Origin: Cirrosporium novae-zelandiae
Lineage: Eukaryota
NCBI GenBank assembly: GCA_026023565.1
Contig: JAPETS010000021.1
Span: 186,001-250,000, forward strand
DNA length: 64,000 nt
Direction of reading: 5' to 3'
Of this stretch, positions 40,691 through 54,014 are shown one piece after another (position 1 is the stretch's first letter; every line of letters starts with the position of its first letter). Position numbers and translations under genes: made by a program. The notes beneath the pieces were generated by a model. That model saw nothing but the letters and a program-made list of their open reading frames with translations. It was not told where the DNA came from and did not search any database.

Positions 40691-41085
40691 GGTGAAAATA
40701 TGTTGAGGGCCCCTAGGTCTGTGGAGGTGGATATTTGTGTCATGTGAAGACAGAGGATTGATTTGATTAAGAAAACGGATGGAACAGAAAGGTTGAAAGG
40801 GAACCTGGGTAAAATAGATTATTGGGATGGAGAAGTTCGTAGATGGAGAGTGAGTGAATGTTAAGGACAGTGTTATGTTAAATGACGGGAAAAGATGCTG
40901 CTAGCCGAAATACGGTCACTATGAATTTGTGAAAGGTATAGAAAGTGAAGCAAATTTAAAGATACAGGAATGAACATGTCCTCTGAATCTCATTTCACCG
41001 GATTATTTTCCTTACATCTAGACTTTGGGATCGATGTATACACAACATGACAACTCTTCGTTGAAGACAAACCATACAATTTATT

Positions 41086-41624
41086 TTACCAGCTAGCCTT
41101 CTTCACCCCTGGTAAATTTCCTGCTAGTGCATTCAACCGAAATTGAAACTAAGGTGGATATAATATTAGTAAATGGTGTTCTCCAGTTTTAGTCGCGTGT
41201 AGAAAGATATAATATTGTGTATACAATGTCATGCACCAAAGACTCTTCGAAAAACGTACTCTTCCCATTCTGAAATCGCTGAAAATACCTCTGGCCTTGC
41301 CTCCCTCTATACACCTGTTCCTGATCTGCGTTGGCCGAGTATAGCAATGCATTTGTGAAAGTTCTAACTGTGCTTGTGCTCTCATTCTTTGTGGTAGGGA
41401 AGTATTGCGGATGATGTACCGAAGGGCTTGCCTACAGAACCAAGATACATTAGTTGATAAGAGATGCAAAGCAGCACACAAGCATAAGTGGTACGGAGTT
41501 CTGTATCAATTGCGTACCGTTCAGGCTCGAACTGTTCAACAACCTTTCTCTTTGTATGGTCCCTGATAACCCAAGAATTTATAAAGGAGCTTAGGTCAAG
41601 CTTTTTCGCGCGAAATTGTGCCAT
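41086..41624 (-). CDS. MRP2: Mitochondrial ribosomal protein uS14m, 3 exons
   Basis: MAQFRAKKLDL...IRDHTKRK, RQALRYIIRNTSLP, PTQIRNRCIEGGKARG, FRLNALAGNLPGVKKASW*. Confidence 0.93.
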
Positions 41625-41800
41625 GGTGTCGTCTGCTTATAACTGCACGACCAGAGATTTGTGAATTTCAGATATCCGAAAGTTGACCTTCGGCCCGTAA
41701 CGGCTGGTCTATTCGTCCAGTATCGGAAAGGAACAACATGGTGCCGGCAGTTTCTCCCACGCCGTTCGTGATAACTACCAACAAATTCAATTTTCTACCC

Positions 41801-42797
41801 ATGCCCCAACCAATACCACCTTTGCTTGCACCATATCTTAAGCTTCCATCAGGAGGTTCTTTGACTCTAGTCACATCTGTTCTCAATGCTAGGAGCAATT
41901 GGCTAGTTCTCCGCTTCTTATGCAATGCCCTGAACCCATTCCAAAATCGTAATAATAGGACTCGATTGAATGAGAATGGAGGTAATGGGGAAAAAGCCGT
42001 TGCCGTTGTGCTCATGAGCTTCATGAGAGACTTTGAATTCTGGAAAAGGGAAGGGCGAAGATTGGTTTGTTTGTGCTCTTCTACTTCAGACTCTCCTAGG
42101 TTTCTGAAGCGCAGACACTGACTATTACCGGCAACTCGTAGGGTCTTGACCTTGTTCGCCTCGGTCAAGATAAGAAATTTACTTTTATTGATGGTCTCAC
42201 ATTATTTATGCCTACAAGCTACTCGAAAGTAGGAGGGCCTCGTACTTCCGAGAAATTGCCCATAAACAGTCCGAAGGAGCTGTGTAAGAAGATACTCGAT
42301 GCTATGAATGAATTGAAAGTCGCTGGTCAGCAAGACGTCTTACTTGTGCTTGATCAGCTAGACCTATTTCATGCGGCAGCGGGAGATAATGCCAACCTCC
42401 CATCCATGCAGAATATGATTCTTAGTTTACAACAGGTAGGAGGGCTGTATTCATGTATTAAGTTGGTGGTATATTAACCGTGCTCTAGCATCTTGACGGA
42501 ATCCTCTTGGTCCTCTCCGCTGATGCACCTTTGATTCAAACATCATCTATAAGCACACCTCTTGAAGTCGACCACGCAGGATTCGTGGTTTCTATGGCAC
42601 ATCAGGCTAGATCCATACTTCAAATTAGAACACTAGATACCGGCGTTGCCAAGGATGTCAATGGAGTTCTTAAGTTACATCAGATATACGAGAGTGAAAT
42701 TGGTTCAAATATCCAGGGAGAGGAAGGAGAGGAAGGAGAGGTGTTGTATTCTCTTCAGGCTGATGGTAACGTTAAAGTGTTTGAGAGAGGTTATTGA
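41801..42797 (+). CDS. ELP6: Elongator complex subunit 6-like protein, 3 exons
   Basis: IPPLLAPYL.LP..SLTLVTSVL.A..NWLVLRFL, FTFIDGL, LVLDQLD, RTLDTGVAKDVNGVL, DGNVKVFERG. Confidence 0.8.
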
Positions 42798-43002
42798 TCT
42801 CACAGGCGGGTCGTACATATCACTGTAAGGTAGCAAACTACGATCGTAATACAAATGCAAATTCATGATTTTCATGTTATTGATCTTTTTAATCAAGACT
42901 CAAAGTGAAAAGTTCGTCTAGCACGAGCTCATAGGACCTCCATCCATTCGCCCTTCAAACACCCATCATCCCTATTGCCCCTCGCACGTCCTTTATCTTG
43001 CT

Positions 43003-43479
<477 letters not shown>

Positions 43480-43981
43480 CTTGATGGAGGAACTGCTGCG
43501 ATGAAGAACAGTTAGTGGTAATGGTCAGAGAAGTAGAGAAATAAGAATATGTTGTATGGGGATCTCACCTTCAACTTTGAAACGCGGTGTTTGGCTGTCT
43601 ATTGTCCGTCAAATCCAAAACTTGGAGTGTGTGTGGGCACTTTCTTCTGCCTTAGTCATCTATCACGTGTCGCTTATTACCCTAGACAAATTTGGCCAAC
43701 GTTGGTCCTTGCCAGGTTAAATTCTACGTCGGAAGAAGCCTTGAGCTATGTTAAGAAAGTTAAGATCCGCCGCTAGCAGACCAGCAACTGTGTCATCATG
43801 CCCTGCAAGGCTATCAACAGGGAAGGTGGATTTATCAGCTAAATTACAAAGTACTGAAGGAGTTCGTTCAATCTGTCTTCATCTGTTAGCACCATCTTCA
43901 ATTCGGTTGCTTGTCAGCTTCTTCTCTACTCTAAATTCTTTCTTTTTTTACTGCTTATCAACGACTCGGTATCATCCAATC

Positions 43982-45141
43982 ATGGTACTCTTTAAAACAA
44001 TTTTTGCTGCTTCTCTCTATGTCCTAGGCGCCAATGCTGCCTCCGCTGTCCTCGACCTGATCCCAGAGAACTTCGACAAAGTTGTTCTCAGTTCTGGGAA
44101 GCCGGCTCTAGTGGAGTTCTTTGCGCCTTGGTGTGGGCATTGCAAGAAACTTGCCCCAATTTATGAAGAACTCGCTCAGAACTTTGCCTTTGCCGAGGAT
44201 AAAGTTTCTATTGCCAAAGTCGATGCCGATGCAAACAAGGACTTGGGGCGACGATTTGGTGTCCAAGGCTTCCCTACCCTAAAATGGTTTGACGGAAAGA
44301 GCGACACACCAGAAGAATATAATGGTGGAAGGGACCTGGATAGTTTGATGGAATTCATTACAGACAAGACCGCTATCAAGCCAAAAGCCAAGAAGGGACT
44401 TCCTAGTGACGTTGAGATGTTGAGTGATCAAACATTCGAAGAAAAAATAGGCGGAGAAAGTCATGTGCTTGTCGCTTTTACTGCCCCGTGGTGTGGACGT
44501 AAATATCCCTAACTTCGTCCTAAGCTATTTCATCCACGCTAACCATCGCCTTAGACTGCAAAAACCTTGCCCCTATTTGGGAATCCCTTGCCCATGATTT
44601 TGCTGCTGAGCCAAACGTCATAATCGCCAAGGTTGATGCTGAGGCGCCCAATTCGAAGGCCACCGCTTTGAAATACGAGGTCAAGTCGTATCCAACTATC
44701 AAATATTTCAAGAAAGGCACGAAGAAAGATGAACCATACGAAGGTGGACGTAGTGAAAACGACTTTGTCAACTTTATCAATGAAAAGGCCAATACCCATC
44801 GTACGGTTGGCGGCGGGCTGAATGAGGAGGGGGGTAGGGTCGATATTTTGGATGCTGTTATCTCAAAGCTGCCCGCCAGTAGTCTCGAAGATGTCACAGA
44901 ACTGGCCAAGCAGGAGGCATTTGGGTTGGAGGCCAAATACGCGAGCTACTATTTGAAGGTCCTTGATAAGCTAGCAAAGAGCGGGGAGTATGTACAGAAG
45001 GAGTTGAAAAGATTGGAAGGAATATTGAAGAAGCAGAAGGCTGGATTGGCGCCAGAGAAAATTGACGACTTGATGTCACGGAGCAATATTTTACGGCAGT
45101 TCGCCAGCCAAGAGCAGGACAAGGGCAAGGACGAGTTGTAA
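43982..45141 (+). CDS. tigA: Protein disulfide isomerase, TigA/ERp38 type; intron about 44499-44554
   Basis: Signal peptide, two APWCGHCK thioredoxin motifs, C-terminal ERp29-like helical domain, KDEL*. Confidence 0.92.
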
Positions 45142-45373
45142 ATGGGGTTTTCCTTCAAACGTGATTTCTGTTGTGCTTTTCATGTCTCCAAGTTATAGAA
45201 ATCCGAACCTTTCAAATTGTACACGTTTCTTGAGAATGGTGTAATGCATTTATAGGCGATATAAATCACTGCCCTTATGTTAACCCTTGCGGGCTGTTCA
45301 TTATACTAGTACCACGCCCTTGTTGGATTAGAGTGATGGTATTCAGCTTCGATGCTACCAATAAGGGGCGGTT

Positions 45374-46182
45374 TCATTTTCCAGAACTAGCTTCGCCTCT
45401 AGCTTGAATTGCAGCCTCAAGATTATCCAATCGGCGAGACATTTCGTCCACTGTAGTTTTGATCAGTCTGGTTCCTTTGGGACGAGTAATGTAAAGAAGT
45501 AATATAGCTTACTTTTGCCAAATATTTCATTACTCGTAGAAGAGAATTTGCTAGTCAGTGAACTTAACAGTTCATCTACAGCAGCAGTGAGCTCTGCAGG
45601 TGCATCTTCGGATACCTTTGATATAAGAACGTATTGGCGATTGCATTCCTACTCAACACTTAATGATAGGAAAATCTATAAACTCACTGTTAAAGTAGGT
45701 TGACTATCATTCTTCGCTCTTGTTTCTGCGCCTCCTCTAGGGTCCATGCTCTTCTCCCTAGTTTCTCCTTCTTTTACAATAAGAACAGCTTCGCTTTTAC
45801 TCTTCTTTATTTCCCCTTCCCTCCCTAAGGATACAGGTTTTCCTAACTCCGATGCCGAATGTGCAACCGTCAAGGGCCTTGGCTCTAGATGAAGCGCGCT
45901 GATGTTCGAGGTCGTACGCTTGATGGTGGGGATAGAGAGTGAGTTACCTTTATAGATATAGGAGGACGGGAGTGGCTTTCGCAGGACTTGATAGTTGAGA
46001 TTGGTCCTTGTAGTTGTAGCAACTGGGGAGTAGCGCACTTTTTTCTTGATACCTGAAGTAATAACCTCAGTAAAAGGGTCGTTGACGTGCTCTAGCCGTT
46101 CGGTGGAGACGCTCGGCCCGTTGTCATGCCGTTCATGCGCAGGAACTGGGGGTGGCATCGGAGACAAAGGGACCGATGACAT
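45374..46182 (-). CDS. Heat shock factor binding protein 1 (HSBP1)-domain protein, 3 exons; start at 45747 (short) or 46182 (long)
   Basis: Spliced ...SQPTLT|VSEDAPAELTAAVDELLSSLTSKFSSTSNEIFGK|MDEMSRRLDNLEAAIQ...GK*. Confidence 0.78.
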
Positions 46183-46592
46183 ATTGTCGTTGATTGGCAG
46201 GGGAGTAAAGCTATCCAATATCAACACTTAAAGCAGATTACTTCATGTCCTAGCAAAAGGGAAGCTCCATAAAAAGAGAAAGAGTATTGCAAGCCAGATC
46301 TGTTGGTTCAGTTGGAAAGTCAACACTTTATGGTATGTCTATCTCTCATATTTCCTTTTGTATATTCCACAACACAAACTTCTTTACTGTACCAGCTTAC
46401 ATATTGGCACTGTGAATAGAATACGATCTCTTGGTAATCAGTTAAATTGTTCAGTTGATTATTCCCTAATCTATTCACATCTCGAAAAGAAAAGAAAAAT
46501 ACTGCTTGATGCCATGTCGCTTAAGCTATAGCAAGGGCTAATTCCTCATTCTTATCCAATCTAGACACTTGATTTCCGGTCCGCTACGAGCC

Positions 46593-48023
46593 ATGCCCCC
46601 CAAACGTATGACCGCCAACCCTACGAGGCCCGCCCGCTACCGTCCTGGAAAAGTAGTCGCGGAAGAGCCTTCATCCTCGTCTGAAGAAAGCGAAGAAGAA
46701 ACTACACAACAGCCTATTGCGAAACCCATACCTCCAAAAGCCACATCTTTCCCTTCTAACACCAATAAGCAAATTGACCCTAATGTTCGACGGCACGAGG
46801 AGGTAACACAAAATATCGAAGAGGAAGGGTTTGTCACTGAGGAGGAAGATAGCTCGCAAAGTTCAAATAGTGCTAGGGATGAAGAGTCATCTAACGAGGA
46901 TGAGTCCTCGGAAGAAGAAAGCAGCTCTGAAGAAGAGCCACGCCTCCTTCGTCCTACGTTTATCAGAAAAGAAGACCGCCAAAACGCTCGGAATTCCACT
47001 GCCCAAGACTCAAATTCTGAAGCGGCCAACGATGAAGCTCGTCGAAAAGAACGGGCCGATGCCCTCGTCCAAGAACAGCTTGATAAAGATGCTGCCGCTC
47101 GCGCCGCTGGTAAAAAATCATGGGATGACGATGAGGAGGTAGAGTTAGAACTAGTTGACGATCGTGATGGGATTGATCCAGATGCCGAATATGCTGCTTG
47201 GAAGCTTCGTGAACTGAAACGCGTGAAGCGTGACCGGGAGGCAATTGAGGCTACAGAAAAAGAACGCGAAGAAATTGAACGCCGCCGTAATCTTGCTCCT
47301 GAAGAGCGCGAAAAGGAGGACCAAAAATTCTTAGAACAACAGAAAGAGGAGCGAGAGGGAAGAGGTAAAATGGCATATCTCCAGCGTTATTTCCATAAGG
47401 GAGCTTTCTTCCAAGACGAAAAAGTGCAAGAGACGCTTCGTGAGAGAGATTTGATGGGGAGCCGTTTTGTGGACGAGACGGACAGAGGATTGTTACCTGA
47501 ATACATGCAAATTCGAGATCTCAGTAAATTAGGGAAAAAAGGACGAACAAGGTACAAGGATTTGAGAAATGAGGATACCGGACGATGGGGAGATTTTGGA
47601 GACAAAGCTAAGAAAGATGGCAGTGGGGGGAAAGTGGATGAAAGGTTTATGCCTGGTAGGCAGCAGGGAGGTCCTGCTGCTACTGGTGCAAACGCTGGGT
47701 TATTAGGAGAGAGGGGACAGGTTGATAGGGCGCCGGGAGAACCGAAGGCTATGAGAAAAGAACGGAGATATGGAGGTGGAGGCAGGGATGGAGGCAGAGA
47801 TGAAAGCGGTGATTCATATCGATCCGGTCAAGCACATAACAGAGACAGATATGGGGGAAGAGATACGTATAGAATGAGCCGGAGTCCTCGTAGAAGGTCT
47901 AGGACACGATCAAGGTCTAGACCAAGAGGAGACTATGATGATATGGACAGAAGGAAAAGAAGCTCTTCTTCACAGAGCGACCGTCATCGTCACGACAAAC
48001 GCCGAAGGGTAGAAGCAACCTAG
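46593..48023 (+). CDS. Spliceosomal B-complex protein MFAP1 homolog
   Basis: PARYRPGK, DDRDGIDPDAEYAAWKLRELKRVKRDRE, YLQRYFHKGAFF, GKKGRTRYKDL, RS-rich tail. Confidence 0.92.
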   Translation: MPPKRMTANPTRPARYRPGKVVAEEPSSSSEESEEETTQQPIAKPIPPKATSFPSNTNKQIDPNVRRHEEVTQNIEEEGFVTEEEDSSQSSNSARDEESSNEDESSEEESSSEEEPRLLRPTFIRKEDRQNARNSTAQDSNSEAANDEARRKERADALVQEQLDKDAAARAAGKKSWDDDEEVELELVDDRDGIDPDAEYAAWKLRELKRVKRDREAIEATEKEREEIERRRNLAPEEREKEDQKFLEQQKEEREGRGKMAYLQRYFHKGAFFQDEKVQETLRERDLMGSRFVDETDRGLLPEYMQIRDLSKLGKKGRTRYKDLRNEDTGRWGDFGDKAKKDGSGGKVDERFMPGRQQGGPAATGANAGLLGERGQVDRAPGEPKAMRKERRYGGGGRDGGRDESGDSYRSGQAHNRDRYGGRDTYRMSRSPRRRSRTRSRSRPRGDYDDMDRRKRSSSSQSDRHRHDKRRRVEAT

Positions 48024-48192
48024 TTTATACTGAATAAATTTGTCGTTGAAACTTAGGCTCTTCTTACGAAAATAAAATCCAGCGCCTCTGTAGTTCGCTT
48101 TCAGTAACTCCATTCATTATCATTTCCCATGGCATATTAGCTTGGAACGCCCAACAAAACGCCCCCATTTAGAAGCCCTGGCCCTGGCCCAT

Positions 48193-49064
48193 CTATTTTC
48201 CCCTCCCCTCTAATATCTTTTCCCTCTCAACCACTTTTTCATCAAACCGAATCAAGAATACCGTCTTTCCTGGCCACATATCGTTTCCCTGATTATGCGC
48301 CGACACATCTGCTTGCATACCGCAGCCATCTGCCACTCCTTCTATTATCCCTGCGACGAACGCAGCGCAATTCAATTGGCTCATTTCCTTTGGTATAGAA
48401 ATGTAGGTGTTGCATAGGGGCTCGTTATCGGTCAGCATATACTCGAGCTCATTGGTACTGGACTTTTCTAGAGCATCAGCCGGGCGGGAGAATAGATGTC
48501 GCCAAAGTGGGGTGTGTATAAATTGCAGAAGAGGGAGGATACGGGTCGGGCGGGGGGTGGGATTTGATGAGGGAGGGAGACGGTATATCAGGAGATTGAG
48601 CAGGCGGAGGCCAAGAGGGTGGCCTTGTTCATTTAATCTGCGAGTAGATAGGTTAGATTTACTTTTGGTATGCGATAGAAGTGAAAGATCGTAGCATCGC
48701 ATGACCCACACAGACGTACAGATTTAATACACAGAAAACAAAACGTAGAATTTTTTTTATTTGAACAGAACAGGAAAGCATACCGTCTTTCTAAATCTTG
48801 AATTCCTTTAACTCGTCGCTGTGCATAGCTGACCATCTCCATGAACAGATACGCAAAACTAGCCTTGCTCAGCTCCGCCGTCCGAGTCCGGTTTAAATGT
48901 CGGTCGTATATGGTCTTTCTATTTGAGGGTATTCGGAGGCCCCCCGGTGTAGAAGTCCGAGAGCCTACCTGAGAGAGTTGGTTTTGAGAAGTTGAGGATG
49001 GGTGGTTCGCGGGAGAGGCGGTGATTGTACCCGGTATCGACACATTTGGGGAATGGGAAGCCAT
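48193..49064 (-). CDS. TRS31: TRAPP complex subunit Trs31 (TRAPPC5); intron about 48639-48783
   Basis: ELSKASFAYLFMEMVSYAQRRVKGIQDLERR|LNEQGHPLG, LNCAAFVAGIIEG. Confidence 0.93.
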
Positions 49065-49506
49065 GATTAGATTCGGTGCTATGTCATAGATCGAGTATTA
49101 AATGCATTGGTAATGGATCAGCTATACTGTGAGTTTTTTTGAATCATTGTTTTTGGCGTTGTTAAGAAGATGTAACCTTCAGTCGGAGTTGGAAAGAAAT
49201 CTGTAGGGAGAGCGTAATTTATTGTCGATGCAAAAGGGACAGTAGCTTGACTAGAATTTACGAGTGACGAGAAGAAGTACTCAAATCTCATAAGTTTCTT
49301 AGAAGTACCAAAAAAAATATTTATTGGGCAAGGATGGCCACGGATATTAGGTTGTATAGCAATAATGTTTGTCCTTGCCAACTAGACCTAGTTTTCTTGC
49401 AATTAAGTGGGTGTACGAGACCTGCAAATCTACAAATCACCAATGAACTACTTTTCATTGCATTTCAACTATATACGAATATTCCGGGAACCCTACCTTT
49501 ACAATT

Positions 49507-51361
49507 TCAAGATCTTAATCTCAGTCCATTATCCTTGTCTGCTTCTTCCTGAAATCCTTTCTGCCTTCGTCGGGAGTTCCACTGTAATGTTCGCTGGATG
49601 CCCTCTATCCATTCATCTCTTTTAATAGCTTGTGGCATAACAGTCGGGAATGGATAGCGAGACGCTGAGATGGTTACATAGTCACCTTGCATAAGTTCCA
49701 CCCTGAGGGATGAGTCAGCCAACTTTCAAATATCTCGATAAATGTGCCTGACCTTTCTCTACCGTCGAAGCTAACCCATGAACTTGTCCGGGCATCATAA
49801 GGCACTCCAATCCTAAGCACCATAGTATCGGGAAGAATAATAGGTCGAAAAGATAGAGTGTGAGCACATATAGCTGTAACAAGTATAACTGGATTTTCTG
49901 GATGACAAAGGCTACCTCCAGCAGCTAGGTTATATGCAGTGGATCCTGTGGGTGTTGCGATACATAGACCATCGGCTTGAATAGTAGTGTAGTGCTGATC
50001 ATCTCCGAAGAATTCCAACGATGACATGGCTATGGTATGGTCAGTAACTTTCTAATCAAGCTAAGGTAAAAAGAAACACGAAGCCTGACTTGGGTGTGGT
50101 CCCCTGTCAACAACAATATCATTCATTATCTTGAACGACTTTTCTGGCTTATGGGTGTGGTTATTGTCGGCTTCATCACCGATAAGTTCTTCCACAATAT
50201 CCTTCGGCCCTAGTGAAGGCCTTTTCTGACTCCGCATGACGGTCCCCTCGAGACGTATTCTCAGGCTAACTTTAATACCTTCGCGGAACGCAAGAGTTAA
50301 AGCATCCTCATATTCACCATAATCAAACTTCGTAAGAAACCCAAGGGAGCCAAGAGCAAAAGAAAGAACAGGCGGAACAACTCTTTGGAAGAGCCAACTC
50401 GCATATAACACCGTTCCATCCCCACCAAGCTACTGAGCATTAGTAACGACTATTAGATAGATAACTACACTCACCGTAACAACGAAATCAAATGTATGCG
50501 GATGTCTAGCACAGAGGTTAACATCCCAATATTGAAGCCGTCCTTTGTACGTAGGATCTGTCTGGAGAAGCCCCTTGGCATCAAACAATGGGTCGTGTTC
50601 AAGGGTATCTTGAACAAATCTACTAAGTCTTAACAAGGAGGCCATCAGAACAGTTATTCGGAGCCTACACGATATAAGGAGTATCCCTTTCCTTTGAAAG
50701 CAGCCATGCAGCAAGGTTTCTAGTCAGAGGAACCAAAGACTTGTCTTGGGCTTTGGTGAGCAGAAACACCGTCTTAACTTTGAGCCTGAGACAGACGCGA
50801 GATAGCTTTTTTGACAGGTCTCTTACCCCCAGTAACATTTCGGATAATTGCTTCTTGGTTAGATGCCTCGTGTGCGAATTACCATTCGGTTCGGAAACGC
50901 TCTGTCTATCTGGAGTAAAGCAATCTTCTCTGATATCCTCGAGCGCTTCTCCATTTTTACGTCGTTTCTGTAATAAAGAATGCACAATGCACCTGGAATG
51001 GCTGGCTTGTTGATTTCGTTCCTGGATGGTACGAGCTGCATCGGCAATGGTCAGAGAGGACTTGCGGCGGTGGGCCCCCTCATGGTCCAGAACAACCTGA
51101 GCCCATCATCAGGGAATGGAATTTCAACTACGAAGGACGAAATAGATGGAGAGAATTTTTACCTCAAGTGCATGCTGATATTCCGACTCGCTTGCGCTTG
51201 ATTCTCCGAAGCTCTTAGGGATGATATTAGCTTCATGTGGTTACTATGATGGCCCATGTTGAAGATTTTATTCTGCAGACAAACGAACTCACCTCGTCTG
51301 TGCCTGTGAGGCGATCATCATTGCGGGGGACCTCCATTTCCGTAGTAGTGTCTTGATTCAT
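49507..51361 (-). CDS. ATP-NAD kinase (Utr1/Yef1 type), about 7 exons
   Basis: [62 protein letters not shown]. Confidence 0.92.
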
Positions 51362-51747
51362 AGTCCAACAGTTTGAATTATGTAAAATAATGTATACTAA
51401 AAACCTTCCTAAAACCCAGCCCTCTATTGTTTTGAGAGCTTACAAGGTAGAAATATCGAAAGTGAAGGGCTAGAGATGTAATGCGGTAGCTTTATTATTA
51501 AATCTTTCGTTTCGGTAGTATTTCGGCCACGGTCGAACTTTGAAACAGTCTTCTTTAACATCTCCTGTTCCACTCCACTCCTTTTATATTCTAATATTAT
51601 TGGTTGCTCAGCATTTAACATGTTTAGTATTACTATGTATTACTAAAGTAGACGTACAGTATTTTACTAACCAGCTGACGTCACACGACCCAATATGCCA
51701 CCCGTGTACACTTAATCAGTCCCTTAGTAATCAATTGCATATTCTCT

Positions 51748-53286
51748 TTATTCCAAGACCTCAATGGCATCCTCACCTCTCATCTCTCGCCACCAGTTGG
51801 ACTGGCTATGCAATTCACTATCTTTGCCTCCAATCAGCATCGACCACTTTTTTAAAAACCACGGCTCTGCCTCCCAACTACGTATGTCCCACGGAGCCCC
51901 CGTACCGCCTCCCACTGCTCCCCAACATATAAGACCGTTATTATCTATATCGCACATGAGTTCATCCTCGTCAAAGAATGGGGGATCCATAGATCCTAGC
52001 ACAATCATGCGCTCACGAAATTTCGGGAACGGGAGAAGATCAATGTAGAAGTAGTGGTTATGAGTTATTTGCGCAGACGTAGGTCGGAGGCTTTCTTTGA
52101 TGTGAGAGAAAGCTTGCTGGTAGGTGCTAATATGGTCGGGAGAGATCCCAGGTTGATAGAAGAAGGATTTGACGTCAGGGTGGTGAACATCATCACGAGA
52201 CACCCCTAAGACGTCCGTATTGATAAAGCATGCCGCATAAAGATTCAAGGAATGGATGCGAAGGTGGTTACGAATGGGACTAGGGAGTCTGGGGCTATTT
52301 GACTGTACTTGGGTAGGGCTTGAATCTGTCCGCGCATGGCGGACAACAGGCTGATATTGCCAGGTAGAGCTAGTTGTCATTGGTACTTCACAGTTCCGAT
52401 ACTGAAGACCAAGAACGTTCATGCCAGCTCGAATAATATCATCCAGCTGAATATTGCGCCTACTAGCAATTTGATGAGGGTTATTAGGTCCATATGATCG
52501 CGGATTATAATCAGGCGGAATGTCAAATCCGGAGTTTGCATCCCAGAAAGGTGTAATATCCTTCCTTTCATATTGAGTCTGGCTGGCACTAGCGCCAAAT
52601 GTTGAGAATGTAGGGTAGTCAAGGCCGCTAGGATCAAGGGTGACAGGGTTATCCTCGAGCAAATCGAGGTCCAAGACTCTGGCCTCTACTAGATCGTCTG
52701 AGATAATATCTTCCGACTGAGTACCCTCAACGACGTGCGGATACGCTATACTGCCTGATGGATTGATGTCAAATGTCCCTAAGCCGATCCCAGATGAGTT
52801 CCTTGTAGAAGTTGTGTTCACGGAGACGCAAGGTTCACTATAATTTCCTGATACATTTGCGACTACAAGTTCAGAAGTTGAGTCATATGTATCTTTATTT
52901 TTCCCTTTTGTGTCATTGTTTATAAGTTGTCCTTCAGGTATATATTCAAGATCGGAAAGATTGCTTATCGTTGCAGCACGATCGACATTTCCACTATCAC
53001 TTTCTAAGCCTCGAGGCAAGTGGTCAGGAATGGCAGGTTGAGATATGTTGGGAGGTCCAGAGGTTGCTAATAGATTAACAAACCCCTCAAGTTCTAGTAG
53101 CCGAAGCTTTTGCTTCTCACCTACGGGGAAGTTAGTTGGATATTTTGTTATGTCAACTGCAAGCTGACGCAATATGAAAGGCTGACGGTAATTCTTTTGA
53201 GCAACTCGGTTCTGAGCTCTTCTTTGTTCCGTTATAACACGCCGTTTACGTTTAGAAGGACCTGCTTCAGACGTTTTGGGTGGCAT
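51748..53286 (-). CDS. bZIP transcription factor with C-terminal DUF3425-like domain; in-frame intron 53121-53186
   Basis: RRAQNRVAQKNYR|EKQKLRLLELE; LRPTSAQITHNHYFYIDLLPFPKFRER, PWDIRSWEAEPWFLKKW, WWREMRGE. Confidence 0.9.
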   Translation of the reverse strand: MPPKTSEAGPSKRKRRVITEQRRAQNRVAQKNYRQPFILRQLAVDITKYPTNFPVGEKQKLRLLELEGFVNLLATSGPPNISQPAIPDHLPRGLESDSGNVDRAATISNLSDLEYIPEGQLINNDTKGKNKDTYDSTSELVVANVSGNYSEPCVSVNTTSTRNSSGIGLGTFDINPSGSIAYPHVVEGTQSEDIISDDLVEARVLDLDLLEDNPVTLDPSGLDYPTFSTFGASASQTQYERKDITPFWDANSGFDIPPDYNPRSYGPNNPHQIASRRNIQLDDIIRAGMNVLGLQYRNCEVPMTTSSTWQYQPVVRHARTDSSPTQVQSNSPRLPSPIRNHLRIHSLNLYAACFINTDVLGVSRDDVHHPDVKSFFYQPGISPDHISTYQQAFSHIKESLRPTSAQITHNHYFYIDLLPFPKFRERMIVLGSMDPPFFDEDELMCDIDNNGLICWGAVGGGTGAPWDIRSWEAEPWFLKKWSMLIGGKDSELHSQSNWWREMRGEDAIEVLE

Positions 53287-54014
53287 ATTGCACTTAGATT
53301 TTGGGATATGGTGAGAACAATGGTAAGGAAACAGACGATAGAATACAAAGTAGTAGTCGAAGGTCTAACATGTTCCCAATTCCTAGTTGTCCTATTTTGT
53401 GTCATCCATATGGCTCACGTCAGCCACTATTAGTAATATAGTAAACCCAAACATACTCGTAAGGAAAGATGATAATTAAAATATGGCATTGTTCAATGGC
53501 TAAGACGACCTCCTGTAAATATAAATATTGACATGTTGATTATATACATAGGGTTTTCCCTCTTTGTCATGATTTCTAGATAATAATTACTCTGGCTATT
53601 TAGGTGATATTTTCTTGGCTATTTATGGAGCAGAGATCCTCGGCAATTACGTTGGTAAAAAGTTGACTACTACGTAGCCGCGCTAATCTACATACCTAGT
53701 AATTAATGATTAGACAATTGTTGAATCTCATCTGTTGACAATCACTTTGATTTGGCTTATATGTTTTCGATCCACTTTACTACCGTGGCTCACATAACAC
53801 GACACAAGCACGTCGATGAATCTCATCATGTTGTCGTGTTAGGCTATAATGGATCACCACATCTCTAGTTTCACCACTCTTTTCCTACATCAATGAATGA
53901 CCACCATGTATAATTTCCGAGTATATAATAGCTCAGCGTTCCAGCGGTATCAAGTATAACCTGATCCCTAAGTCCATTGAATGTTTATATTTTACCCTTT
54001 CGTCTTAGCTCAGT

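Noticed and set aside
43748..43981. Upstream in-frame extension of the PDI ORF
   Set aside because: The signal peptide begins at ATG 43982; the extension lies in the RPL37/PDI divergent promoter and does not look coding
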